A stretch of DNA of 61,177 bases, filler included, from Catajapyx aquilonaris (GCA_000934665.2; 3 parts of 3 records of this genome joined end to end with filler, not necessarily neighbours in it); one strand, 5' to 3'. Counted from the whole stretch's first letter, positions 13,675 through 26,589 are shown. Program-made: numbers and translations. The notes: generated from the letters alone by a model not told the origin.

Positions 13675-14548
13675 AATTATCGGGGAATTTCCATGCTCTC
13701 GGCTGGGCCTGGGCTGGGGTATACCGGTTGGTTCTTGCACATCTTGTCGTTTCAAATCGCTCATTATTTCCAGCCCGATCTTGATGGTCGTAGGAGGATG
13801 TCATATGCACTCGTAAGTGGTTTCATGATATCAATCTGGCTCCAGAGCCATCAGGGACAGCTGGACTCGGGCCTTCTTGGAATGATTGCGTTTAGGGCCG
13901 CACCAGGCCGCGCCACTAGACTGATGTAACTAATATCCTAAAGCTGGGTGAATTTATCACGTCGTAGAATAGTCTATGAGGGTTCAGTTCTTAGCGGTTC
14001 TTTGCATGATCCATAGTCAGTTTTCAAGCGGGAGAATACTGTATGTCTATACTAGTTATGACCCCATTCAAATCATTCATTCCAGGTATCCATACTGTAC
14101 ACTTTACAAAGTAACAAGTTAAACACAGTAAACTTACAGAAAGTAATTCCTCTCTAAGTTCAAAAAACTCAAAAGAGTGATTGACAAAAGACGCAGTACC
14201 GGCTTATACCGTATGTAGCTTCCATTAGTCAAGTTCATTGTACCCCCAGTAAAATTGCTATTGAAGTCAGCAAAAAAATAAATGCTATCAAGTACGCGTT
14301 GGCAAAGCAGGACATGCATGCATTCAACAGGAAAATTTCGGCATAAATATTACATGAGTAGCAAGAGCAAAGTGTCAGTCCTGGTGAAGTCGCGCAACAG
14401 GTCCAGGAATATTCAACAGGTGCCAAAGGAAAATCCCTTTTGCGAATGCTACGCAAAAGGAACCTACAGTACACTATATGCCTGTAAGTGACTACAGCTG
14501 ATGAATTTTTTTCCAGGCCGGCCACACCTGAAGAACGTAACGAAAACC

Positions 14549-14606
14549 ATGATGCCCATTTCCACCTGCAGCTTCCTTCTTCTGGTCGCCGTCGTCTGCC
14601 TCACAG
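14549..14606 (+). CDS. First coding exon encoding a signal peptide (MMPISTCSFLLLVAVVCLT)
   Basis: Acceptor TTTTTTTCCAG ends at 14516, Kozak-like AAAACCATG, hydrophobic core, phase-1 donor CAG|GTCAGA. CATAAATA (14342) and Inr-like TCAGTC (14375) lie upstream. Confidence 0.6.
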
Positions 14607-15789
14607 GTCAGAGTTTTTCTTCCTTGAACACTGATTTACAGTGCTCACAACATAGTTTTAAAATGTTTGGCCATTTTGTCCCTATTTTTTTACACATGCT
14701 ATTCCAATTATTTTCATAATTTGAGCGATTGCACTCAATTCCATATCGTGATTATCACCTAATTCACTTGCTACATAGACCAAGCTTAAAGTATCTTGGA
14801 GATTTTGATATATCGATATACTCAGATTATACGATACCCTCAAGTAGTCTACTTGTACATTGTCATTTTACAGAGTGTACCGTACTTTGCAAAACACCGG
14901 AAGTCAGTTGCAATATTTCTTCATGCGAAAGGTTATTGCCACCAGTTTTGCAAAATTGCATGCGAATACTCTTTCTAAAATAAAATGTTACATTGCATTT
15001 CAAGCCTTTCGCAGCTCAAACATTTGTGATTAAAATCACACACGCTTTGTTACTTCCTTCCTCGTTTCGGCCTTTATGAATATTCCCTTTCCAACTTTAA
15101 TCATGAAAAGTTTGTTTAAATTGCTTGCTGATTTGACCACTCTACCGCGTAAATGTAGCCATACCAAAATTGGCGACTCAACATTAGCAATTTAAAAACT
15201 AACCATACAACTCTGAAAGAGTAGTAATATGGCTTCGCCGGCGGATGACCTGCAAGCGATTACGACTATTTCCTGAACTAGGAACTCTATTCTGGGAAAA
15301 GGCTTTTGTCACGAGAGACAATCACATGTTGGCCGCTACATTTTTGTACCCAGTCCACCACCTTTGTATGAAGCCATGTCTCCTTTCATACCTTTCCCAG
15401 CACATTAATCTAGTTTTAATGACGACACACAAAGACGTTTTTAATGAAATGCTCGGTTCTGACCATTCGGATATTTGCAGCATGACTATTTATATACCCA
15501 CCTGGTTTTAACTAGGGAAGAATGGACTAGGTCAACAATCAGCGCAACTTGAGACTCGTGCATCAGCCTACACAAGAAGCACGAGGCATACTTTGCCCCG
15601 GGAGAGTAATCTCAACTCTAAATTGATGCTGTTATTGTTTCATTTTTAGTCGAGGCTATGCAATACTATCCGTGTTTTCTTGCTGAAATTAAACATTTTT
15701 GCAATTACTCAAATATGCGCAATATATTTTCTGAAAATCTCCGCACGAATTGATTATTCAAGCTTGAGATTAAACTTACAACCCTTCAA

Positions 15790-15862
15790 GTTCCTGTAGT
15801 TCAAATGGTAGAACACGCACTCTGATCGAGTGTGGACCTGGGTTCGAATCCTAGCAGGAGCC
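15790..15862 (+). tRNA. tRNA-like cloverleaf with GAT (Ile) anticodon; probably a pseudogene or SINE head
   Basis: Acceptor GTTCCTG/CAGGAGC, D-stem GTTC/GAAC, T-arm CTGGG-TTCGAAT-CCTAG, anticodon loop CTGATCG. Atypical 6-bp anticodon stem and C37. Confidence 0.55.
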
Positions 15863-18800
15863 TTACGGGTTTATATATCTACGGTACAAATTCAAAAATG
15901 ATCATCTTCTTGTGACCTACATGCCAAGAAAATCTGATGCATGCTGAAATCAGTGCAAGTTAAGCTAGTAGTTTCATCTGTTTGATATCTGCCCTCATTT
16001 TTGCCAGAACTGTTTCTAACTCAGAACAATTCAAGTTGGGAGCAAACAAGGCTTGTTAAGTGCGAGAGACGTGAAGAATAATTGCATGCCAAAGCCAAGA
16101 CGCTCCTTTGAGAGCGCAAAAGAAGTCCATTTCGAAAATGAAGTGGCGAAGAAATGTAACCACCTCATGCTTGATATGCTGCTTTCGGAAAACGTGCTCG
16201 TAAGTCTCAAAGAACGATCACAGCGAGTTTCGGATCCTGCAAATAACGGTTCACTGACATCCTAACTGTCCAAGTCATGTCGCAAACGTTCAGCCAGCTC
16301 GGCAGCTTGTTTCAAAGGCCTAAAATGCACAAAGCCCAAACCGGATCGAAAGAAACCCATGTTTGGATCTAGTTGACACATTGCGTCAAATGTTGTCCGG
16401 AGATGGATGAAACCCTCAGCTAATCACTCTGTTGTTTCCAGACTCACCACAGGGAGTAGGCGTTCAAGTAGGAGCCAATCGAGCAATCAATCTTGTTACG
16501 GCCTATCACATTCATTGGCTTATTTTGGGAAAGGGTACAATCGCCAGTACAATTAGGGTATATACCAGACCTGAGCTGTTTCTCCTGAAGGTAGGCCACC
16601 CACACAATCCTGTCCAGGCTTGGAAATGAATACAGCTCTGAGAGTGGGGGTGGATCAGGTGGAAGACTACGGGCCATCTTTACTTCCAAGCATGTCTCAG
16701 CAGGGTGGTGCGGGTGGCCTACCGTTCAGGATAAACTTGATTCAGGTATAGCCTGGTATACAGTGCCTTTTGTGCAGGCCGCTGTACCACATCCCTCCCC
16801 ATTGCACAGGTGCATTGTATTTCTGCACTTACTCCATGTCAAGTGCTGGTTAGGTACAAGTGCCTCTCACATGTCAGCCATTCGTAGCTGTTTACTGCCT
16901 CTAATCGAGACAAGTTGAGTATTGTGTCGGTGTCGCAGTAGGGTTGAGACATTTTCTCCTGACCTGTTGCACATGTAATTCGAAACTTAGCCTCATTATC
17001 CAAATGGATCACTCCCACTAAAATGTCCTTTTATTTTTTATCCTACAATAGACCGTGACATTCATCCTACGGCCGTATCTTCAGATACACCTATAACTCG
17101 TTTCATCGAGAGTGATTAGCTGGTGGGTGGTTGGTTTAGGTTCCGCCCACCCTCTCTTCAGGTCTAGATTAAGTGATTGCTTCCGGGCAAATTGATCGTG
17201 TCGGATTTACATGACATATCAGCAGCAGGTCCGATATAGCAAGAGATAATGTACGGAGTCCTATAGAAAGTATTATGGCTCAAATTTCAACCTGCTAGTG
17301 TCATGAATAGTTCAGCATCCCTGGGGGAAATTTATAGGCCTGGATTCGTTCATTCTGTTGACGAAATCACTCGCTTTACATGATGTAAACCTGGCTATAC
17401 GACTGTAGTTGAGCTCCGAAGCGCAATTAACTACTTGGAGGTTAATAAATGACACCCCTGGTTGTCAATCACAGGTTGGCGTGGAGACTGCAAAAAGGAG
17501 CGTGAAAATCCGGCTTCAATTACGCCGTGGTAATAAACGGATTTGGCTGCCTCGACTCCACCCAAAATCTTTGCGAAATTAAGATTCCCGATTAATCTTT
17601 GGCTTAATTTGGTTCTAAAAATGTTCACAAAAGAAGTGCAAATTTTAGCAACTGGGTCATGCTCGGACTCTTCGGTGGAAAGCTGGAATGACATCATGTG
17701 AGAAGCTTCTCCACATCAGTCCAGGACCGTTCTGGAGAACTGCTCTGCCAACAATGGGGAATGAATTCTATTGTTATGTGGGGTGACTGTAAGGGCTAAT
17801 AAATGGGTCTTGGCAGGCTCGAGCGACGTGAAGCTTGTAGGGTATCCCACTTTAATAAGCATTGCGTAGGAGAACGGAGGTAGAACCTATACGTACCAAA
17901 TTAAAAGCAGTACTGTAAAGGGACCACTTATCAAGGAAAATATTGAGCTATTTTTGAGCCGCGCAAAGAGAGGCCATTTTTATAGTTAGAAAATACTGTG
18001 AGGGTTAATTTTGCGAGGGTGTTGAAGTTACTTCGACAGCTGAACATACGCACAAGTTTTATAGCATACATGAATACTGATATATGTATATTTATGCAGT
18101 TATGTGAGAGTACAAGTGGCGCAAAATCTATTTAAAAACTGAAATTTCATCTCCGGTTCATCTCGAATGTAAGCAGCTTATTTAAGCAATACCAGTATCT
18201 CCATAATTACACTGAATCATTAGCAGATGGTTCTTTCATGAAAATATATACGGCCCCGAGGACAGTAATCAAAATTTCCTTTGAATTCATCTTAACGTGC
18301 CTACAGGAATATTGGTATATATTACTTATAATGGAAGCTGACGAGTGACGAATAACATAGACTATGTGACGAGTGTTCAAACGTTTATTACGACTACCGC
18401 ATGTGCCATAAACTCCTATACCTGCTTGACCCTGAGCCTGACCTCAGAATGGCGCATTTATACATGGTTATAAAAGTTCTGATAAGATGCGAGATTCTCT
18501 CATAATACGCATAATATTTTAACCCTTTTTAAAAATTTTGCTTCAATACTGCACTGCACCAAAAGCTCACAGTATGTTATCACGTTTGCTCGAAAACATC
18601 TTCATTTTTTATTTGGCCCTTGGTTGGGCTGCAAGCCATTTGCTTTGCTGGCTCAAAAACCGATCAAAATATCCATAGCTTATTTCAACGCTTAGGATCA
18701 GAGAGGGCCCCCAAAGCTATTATTGTTCAACCTGCGATCTGTTCTAGCAATGCTTGTAATCGTCACCAACCAGACACGTTCATTTGTCCATGCACAATCT

Positions 18801-19045
18801 CAAAAAGATGTATCCAAATGACGGTCGACGACTCGTACAATAATTTTTTGTGCATGTTAGGTGCCGTACAATGCTATATCACAATAAGGAAAGGCTGATG
18901 GACGTTATATCCACAAACTGTCCCATGAGTGTGGGGGTATGCGAGTGATAAGCGATCATCAAGGAAGTTATGAACCGAACTTTTGTAGGAGGAATTGGTA
19001 GAATGGGGAGGCCATTACGCCTAGGAAATATGTCATTTCCGACAG

Positions 19046-19122
19046 ATTCTAATTGGCCCGCTCTCCACGGTGCGCTCGATAGACCGTATAGAGTATATAG
19101 ACTGACCACCGCAGTGCAACAG
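19046..19122 (+). CDS. Probable coding exon (DSNWPALHGALDRPYRVYRLTTAVQQ) resembling the start of an iGluR/IR S1 ligand-binding lobe
   Basis: Acceptor TTTCCGACAG, donor CAG|GTAGCC. Phase 1 in / phase 0 out joins in frame to the signal-peptide exon. YRLTTAVQQ resembles the S1 'Y/L-R/K-V-T-T-x-x-x-x-PF' strand. Confidence 0.5.
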
Positions 19123-20333
19123 GTAGCCTACTTTTTCCTCATTTATGCCCACAAGTGGCAGCCAGCGTGTTTTCCCTGCATCCCTTTGTTTGAACCATAT
19201 CACTAAAACGAGAGGACAATGCACTATATAGGTCACGAGTTCAAATATATATATTTTTGGAAATATGTAATGGGATATTTCAACACCCTAATATAGTATG
19301 GGCGCCTAAAGTGTGCAAAATCTAAAAATACTTTCTCTATGACATGCCCGGCTGATGCTGGAAAGAACCGATGAATGCGAGTACAAATATAGGTTCGTCG
19401 GAAGCCTTACGACGAAGAAACGATTTACAAGGGATTCCCTGGGAGAATTCGGGCTGGAAAATTGGCATAAAAGGACGGCAACGGGTGCATGAATGGGCAC
19501 GCAAAGGAAATTAGGATCAGGATTTCATAACAAATGGAGCTGCAAAATTAGAATCCCCCATTGGAATTAAATGAGCGGGTGGCTGCTCTAATGTGATATT
19601 ACAGTATATCAGCACATACTAGTGCAAAAAAAGCGCTTTTCCCGGATTTTTGTATTGGGCCAAAGTGTGCTTGATTCTCAAAATAGGATGGTAACTTTAG
19701 GGCCAAACAGGTCGCCGTTCAGTCACTTGATTATCTTTTGGGCCCTCCAGTGATGTTGCCGGAACCATGCTTTTTTTACACCGTAAATCACGTTTCAATC
19801 TCTTACCCCCACAAACACACCAGGATGGAGGTAGAAATTGAGTTGAAGGTGTAAAAAATGACGCCCTCGGTGCTTCGACGCACAGCTCGAGTATATCCTA
19901 CCACACTTACCCTTGATTGAATTCGCAGTTGCTGAACTGACAAGGGTCAAGTCGGAAATTCTGGTGGATAAAAGGTCACTTACACTACGTTACGGTCCGA
20001 CATGCCTACAGCATCTGGCCAACTCCAGCCAAAAGCTCCATAGAAAGCAATGCTATTCATTCCTCAACCGCTTACACCCTGCAATCGATAGACTTTTCCT
20101 TTCTTCAGTATTTAGTGCTTGGCAGGGCTGGATTTTGCATATGCTGCCACTTCATATTGATATTACCAAGTAGAAAGCTACAGACAGACTATATGAAATT
20201 GTTATTTTCGACTTTAAATATAAGCTATATGAATAATTAGTCCGGGTGCTAAGGGGTTGAACTTTGCATTTTGTGACAAAAGTATGAAACTCGGTACACT
20301 TGTCCTTTGGACACTTCTGATCATATCTGGACG

Positions 20334-20433
20334 NNNNNNNNNNNNNNNNNNNNNNNNNNNNNNNNNNNNNNNNNNNNTTAATTAATTAANNNNNNNNNNN
20401 NNNNNNNNNNNNNNNNNNNNNNNNNNNNNNNNN
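20334..20433. other. Artificial contig-joining spacer
   Basis: 44 N + TTAATTAATTAA (stop codons in all six frames) + 44 N, exactly 100 bp. Confidence 0.97.
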
Positions 20434-20590
20434 CGTCCGCGTCACTCACTCGATTTGTAAACAGTGGCAACAATGGAAGCGCTCTCCATGGGCTGATGTT
20501 TGAATTGGCCCGCCGGACAGGGTTGCCAGGTAACGCCGCCGCCGCCGCCGGAAAAAACATTAAGCGACGGCTATTATGTCCAGCACTGTA

Positions 20591-20731
20591 CTATCGGGTT
20601 CAAATACGTTTGGCCACTTTATCCTGGTCTTGAAGCAACCCGTCACATACACACACCTCCTTAACGTGGGGTCTGTGCGAAGGGTCGCTTAAGACTAGGA
20701 TAAAGTGGCCAAACGTATTTGAACCCGATAG
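20591..20731. mobile_element. Tc1/mariner-type MITE
   Basis: TA TSD; TIR CTATCGGGTTCAAATACGTTTGGCCACTTTATCCT. Confidence 0.88.
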
Positions 20732-20734
20732 TAC

Positions 20735-20869
20735 TTCTGCTACTGTCGACCACCTGATAGTGGCCTACTGAGCCATACCTGGATAGGGACACTACAAGCT
20801 ACAGAAAAAGAACTACTTCGGACGATATTAGTGATGACTAAAAACGACCCATGAACTTGGAACACCCTG
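20735..20869 (-). mobile_element. Half of a CAGGGTG-family MITE
   Basis: Ends GAACTTGGAACACCCTG-TA; reverse complement aligns with 25571-25676 and resembles 4981-5053. Confidence 0.65.
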
Positions 20870-21019
20870 TAATTATATCATAAGGCAATATATCGGCAAC
20901 CCAGAAAAATCGACATATCGATACACCGCGAACGAAAAACATTGCATATTGATAACATTCACATTTTTAAACGTTTTGAAATATTTGAAAACTACTTTTA
21001 ATTAACTCTTAAATTTTTG

Positions 21020-21360
21020 AATTTAAATGAAATGATGAAAAATTAAAAATGTAAATGAAACTATGAAAAATTTAAAATGTAAATGAAATTATGAAAAATT
21101 TAAAATTCAAATGAAATTATGAAAAATGTAAAATTTTAATTATATTATTGAAAATGAATTTAAAATGTAAATGAAATTATGAAAATGTAAAATTTTAATG
21201 AAATTACGAAAAATGTAAAATTTTAATTATATTATTGAAAATGAATTTAAAATGAAAATAGAAATCAAATCATTAAAATGAAAATAGAAATCAAATCATT
21301 AAAATGAAAATAGAAATCAAATCATTAAAATGAAAATAGAAATCAAATCATTAAAATGTT
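21020..21360. repeat. AT-rich minisatellites (~29-bp and 26-bp units)
   Basis: AAAATGTAAATGAAATTATGAAAAATTT repeats followed by about 4 copies of AAAATGAAAATAGAAATCAAATCATT. Confidence 0.85.
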
Positions 21361-22573
21361 AAAATTTAAATTAAATCATGAAGATGTTAAAATATTGTAA
21401 TAATTGCGAATATCGAAAAAATGAATTTGAAATATTACATAATTTTCAGATGCTTGTCCACTACAGTTCTTCAGGACACAGCGAGAAACCGGTTTTACAC
21501 AATAAATCTGGTACTTCAAACCTTCTATAGGCTAAGTCCAGTTACGCTGAAACACCCACAAAAACCCACATCAATTTCGCAAAAAAAAATACACATGGAA
21601 TTTTCCAACCCACTTTTGAAATGCAGTCAAAAAGTGTTGGAAATAAATTCCAGGCATAACTTCACGTGTCAGTAATCCCGGTTTTTTTAATGCCTAAAAC
21701 CTGATCGGGAAAGAGTTCACAACAGAAGCGGTTCACGTTTGTACAGGATGAATGAGCATTGACGAAACGAAAAGCACCGCCACCAAGCGGCTCTTCCGAT
21801 TCATTAATTTTTTTTTGGGAGGGGAGGGGGGGGGGGNGGAGTTCTTTACAGTGGACGTCCATGGGACATCCCGGATTTTTTTTCTTCAAAAATTTACACA
21901 CCGGGCCATAATTTGGTATAGCATTTACGACCATAACGGACAGTGTTATTTCCACGTTGTAAATATTAGGGTAGAACCAGGCTGACGTGAAATATTGAAA
22001 GAATGCATGTGTTTTTTTTTTCCCGGAAATTTTTTTTGGCGGGAAAAAAAGGGGGCGCTGGGAATGAGGAACGAGGCTTACGCTCCGATGCATTTTGGCT
22101 ACCGCGACCGTGATTCTCTACGCTTCGCTAATCAATCGAAATCCTCTCAAAACGTCATATTATGTCCTCCTGGCATGGCTATTATAAAGCCTTCCCACCG
22201 GGCTTCAGGCCAAAGCTTTACCCTTCTCCACATCCATTTGCTTCTGAATTTATCGTAGCCTTTTTATAGTCTCATCAACGAATAGAGAGACTGGGGGGGG
22301 GGGGGGGTTTCCAANTTCCAATACACTGAGTTTGGATTTAAGAGCTGGGAAAGGAGATGAACGGATATTAGAAATATAGGATTTTTTTTTAATATAAAAA
22401 AAGTGCGTGGAATAATGGTATCCAGGAATATCGATATGTTGATACAGGAGGGTAGGAGTTGATGTGAGGGGTTGGGGAGAGACTAGTTGTAAGGTTTGGA
22501 GAAACTGAGAGCGCAGAGCGGGGTAATGTGAAGGGCTTTTCACCAAAAATGTCGTGGAATTTTTTACAGCATT

Positions 22574-23260
22574 TGTGAATACGTTTACGTGTATTGTAAA
22601 CACGTATACGTATACGTATATTTTAAGTCCGTGTACGTGTACATATATTTTAAGTACGTGTACGTGTACATATATTTTAAGTACGTGTACGTATATTTTA
22701 AGTACGTGTACGTATACGTATACGTATATTGTAAACACGTATACGAATAGGTGTATTGTAAACACGTATACGAATAGGTGTATTGTAAGCACGTATACGA
22801 ATAGGTGTATTGTAAACACGTATACGAATAGGTGTATTGTAAACACGTGTGCGTATACGTATACGTATATTGTAAACACGTATACAAATAGGTGTATTGT
22901 AAACACGCGTACGTATACGTCTATTGTAAACACGCGTACGTATACGTATACGTCTATTGTAAACACGCGTACGTATACGTATACGTCTATTGTAAACACG
23001 CGTACGTATACGTATACGTCTATTGTAAACACGTGTACGTATACGTATACGTCTATTGTAAACACGCGTACGTATACGTATACGTCTATTGTAAACACGT
23101 GTACGTATACGTATACGTCTATTGTAAACACGTGTACGTGTACGTATACGTCTATTGTAAACACGTAGGCCTATACGAATAGGTGTATTGTAAATTCGTG
23201 TACGCATACGTACCGTATATTGTAAATTCGTATATGTACACGAATATTGAAAAAACGTAC
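22574..23260. repeat. Purine-pyrimidine-alternating minisatellite (27- and 33-bp units)
   Basis: Units TATTGTAAACACGTATACGAATAGGTG and TATTGTAAACACGCGTACGTATACGTATACGTC. Confidence 0.92.
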
Positions 23261-24146
23261 ATATTTTGTGATACTGATTATTAATTTTTCCCAATTTTGA
23301 CAGCAGGTTCACTAATATAATCATTGGCCTCAAAATACACTTTTAGAGAATTATCTGCATGTTCAGAGAAGTGATGGGCCAATCACCCCCAAAATATCGA
23401 TATGTCGATATATCGCGAAAATATCGCGAGGAGTTCCGTTTGAACAGTTGCCAAAAAAGATTTTCAACACAAATCATGCCATTGTTTCCATATAAATCAG
23501 GCCAACTTTACCATTATTTTCGTAACAGATTTCAATACAAGTCGAGCCAATTGCTGAATTGCATTTTGTGGTGCCCCCTTGTGTTGTAATAGAGGAACGG
23601 AAAAAAAATAAATCCATTTTCCTTTCCCTCTATTCGTTCGTGCAGCCCAGAGGCGACGTGTCTGAAACAGAGATTGCAAAGAAAGACTCACGAAATGGAG
23701 AGTCAGAAAAGCTTCAGTGAGTCGGTTGGTTCCTGCTCTATCAAGTCTTCATCAGAAGCCATTGTGCTCCCTTCCGGAGGCGAGAGATTGTGGGGGGTGG
23801 AGGGGGAAAAAGGGGAGAAGACGTTCACATAAGGGGGAAGCCCTCTATGAGAACCTAGGAAAAAGCTATACAAAAATTCTCCCGCTGCAAATAGACTTTG
23901 GCTTGCCTCTACATGGGAAGGAAAATACACAAAGACTAGCAGCGTAGCCCGTTATTCGCACCGCCTGTTTCCTACGCCCTTCGCCCTTTTCGCCCTTCGC
24001 CCCTTCATCTCTTTTGTCCCCTTCGCTCCCTTCGTCCCCTTCACTCCCTTCGCCCCCTTCACTCCCCTTCGCCTCCTTCGCGTGCCTTCAGCGCTTGGCA
24101 TCCCCGCCCGACGCGTCATGTTACTGGAGGAGCTGCTGGTACACTA

Positions 24147-24570
24147 CAGGGTGTATCTGAACTCAGTGCCCCGACGTATATGACTGCCTTCCTAGCCACC
24201 AGAGGATCGATTTAAGTATAGGAATCATTATGTTTGGCCGCCGCATTACGGAGATACACTCTTTAGCGATTTTTGCCTAATCGCTCCTTCTGACTTTTAA
24301 ATAGAATTTTCTGGTGTAACTAGCCAAAGAGGCCTTACCACCTGTGGGCAACAAACCAACAAAGTCCCGCCCCCAGACCTTCCAGAGCCTTCTGACTGGG
24401 GGAGGGTTCGATGGGTGGCCTAACCGACAGGATATTTTGTACTACATGTTTGCGGCCAATTATCTCCGCAATGCGGCGGCCAAACATAATGACTCCTATA
24501 CTTAAATCGATCCTCTGGTGGCTAGGAAGGCAGTCATATACGTCGGGGCACTGAGTTCAGATACACCCTG
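24147..24570. mobile_element. Tc1/mariner-type MITE with ~110-bp TIRs
   Basis: TA-CAGGGTGTATCTGAACTCAGTGCCCCGACG ... CGTCGGGGCACTGAGTTCAGATACACCCTG-TA, nearly perfect TIRs. Confidence 0.92.
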
Positions 24571-24639
24571 TATATTATGCTGTTGCGCTGTGGTGTAAAA
24601 TTGTAATTTGATCTAAATTTGATAATTTCACTTTAAAAG

Positions 24640-25258
24640 GCTGAAGCTGAAACGCATATCGTGCTTCAGCAAACTGTAACGAGTATTACTTGATGCATAA
24701 GACATATAATATTGGAAGCCCGGTTGTAGATCGTTAGTCCAACGTGGATACTGAAATTTGAGGATTTATTATTTTAAATTGAGAATGAGTGTACCAATTT
24801 TCATTATTATGCACGATTCTTGCCTATCTAGCCTAATCGCCTATTATCTAAGAATCTAAGATACGCCCAATCTGATTCATTACGTTGGAAAATTAGTAAT
24901 TCTGTATTTTGTTTCGTAATAGGTTTTTTTTTGTCATGTTTGCAAACTCTCTGACCGTTGATGGATGGAATTCTGACCGTTAACGGCTGTAATTCTGACC
25001 GTTGACGTATGGAATTCTGGCTGTTGACGGATGGAATTCTGACTGTTGACGGATGGAATTCTGACCGTTAAAGGTTGGACATTTGAGCGAAATTTGGAAT
25101 TTGGGTGAATATGTAGTAATTACACCGTTTTCAGTTTGAAACGCTGAAGCTGAAACACATCTCGTGCTTCAGCAAACCGTAACGAGTATTACCCGAAGCA
25201 TGAGCCGTATAATATTGGAAGCCGGGTGTAGATCGTTAGTCCAACATGGATACTGAAA
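24640..25258. repeat. ~115-bp direct repeats flanking a 22-bp-minisatellite module
   Basis: GCTGAAGCTGAAAC...GATACTGAAA at 24640-24756 and 25143-25258. Confidence 0.8.
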
Positions 25259-25570
25259 AGAGTTTTTTTGGGGGAGTGTGGGGAAAGGAAGGATGGGAAT
25301 GTGAGAGTTTAAATGAAGATGAGAGAATTAATTATAAATTCCTGCACTTCCACATTCCTGGGCTCTACAATGCTTAGTTAAGATAAAAGCTCTGGCTAGA
25401 GGGCGCTTGGCTGAAGGATTGACGCCAGAGTGAGACGTGTCTAGGATGATAAATGTTGGAGTAGTCTGGGTTTGTTGGAGGGACAGTGGTGTCTTCTGGA
25501 AGGACATGACCTGGTACAGGGTCTATTTTTGTACAATTTTACATAGAATCAAAAATTGTTATGGAAACTA

Positions 25571-26116
25571 AGGGTGTTCCAAGTTCATCTGTCGTTTTTT
25601 GTTATCACTGATATCGTCCGAAATACAGTAGTTATTTTTGTGTAGCTTGTTATGGCCAGATCCAGGTGGCTCAGTGCACTCTAAAAATTCTCGAGTGTTT
25701 TTCCAATCGATTTGAATGATTTTTCGCGCTTTCGCCTACTTTATTTGACTCCCACTCTTTTTGAGTGGAAATCACTCGATCATTGAGGGATTTTTCACTC
25801 AAATTGAGAAAAATGGGTGTCACTCAATGAAAGAGTAGTCTCCCATTCATTTTCACTATTTATTCGAGTAATTTTACACTTGATTGGAGTTAAAGTAAAT
25901 CTTTCCGGACTGAAAATCACTCAAAAATGTGCATTTTGCGAAATTGCTCATCTTTGAAATTTTCACTCGAAAACTTTTATGGATAGTACTATCAGGTGGT
26001 CGAATGTAGCAGTGGCTATAGAATAAGGCACAACAAGTTACAAAAATTAACAATTTGAGCAAAATATCCTATAACAGTAACTATTATAAAAGATTCCACA
26101 AACTTAGAACACCCTG
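25571..26116. mobile_element. CAGGGTG-family MITE with nested CACT-terminated element (25677-~25988)
   Basis: AGGGTGTTCCAAG...GAACACCCTG ends. Alignment to 20735-20869 breaks at GGCTCAGTG|CACTCTAAAAATTCTCGAGTG and resumes at ACTATCAGGTGGTCGA. Confidence 0.7.
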
Positions 26117-26589
26117 TGTACTTCCGTCATAACGTCTGCAATTATTAGTATTTGGCGAAATAAAATTATGATTGTCTTTTGAAGTGAATCGAAATCATTT
26201 TCTTACGCAATAATTCCTAGAATTTATTTATTACACACTTAGTCACGATTGAGATTTTATTTCCTGTCGTGTCCAGTCCTATCAAATCGTCCCTTTTTAA
26301 AGGCCCAGAAGAAAAGTAGAGACGTCAGGAATGGTGCGAATAGTTGCTCAGAACTGGCTGCGTTTCAGATTAAACAGAAAGCATGGCAGGTTCTAAGAAA
26401 AAATATCCTTTCATGTCTCAACCATCGCCTGACATGTTTTCGGCTAAATTCTTTGGCATTACTCCGTGAATCAGACGAGGTCAGAATTTTCTTTATTAGT
26501 TATTAGACTTATTCACTAATATATTGTACTAATAGTAGTAATTTTCAGTAATGAAGGCAAATTGTTTATTCATTATATTGAATTTGCAA

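Noticed and set aside
16440..17760. Possible exons or decayed coding sequence on either strand
   Set aside because: Splice-like signals on both strands, many stops and no motif I can identify
20378..20560. ORF running into the gap and the TTAATTAATTAA motif
   Set aside because: Artificial linker sequence
22250..23333. Long overlapping ORFs (304, 204, 211 aa)
   Set aside because: Products of a minisatellite with units that are multiples of 3; low-complexity translations on both strands
24640..24670. Hammerhead ribozyme core in CTGAAGCTGAAAC (also 14528 and 60004)
   Set aside because: CUGANGA/GAAA core and stems I-III cannot be formed
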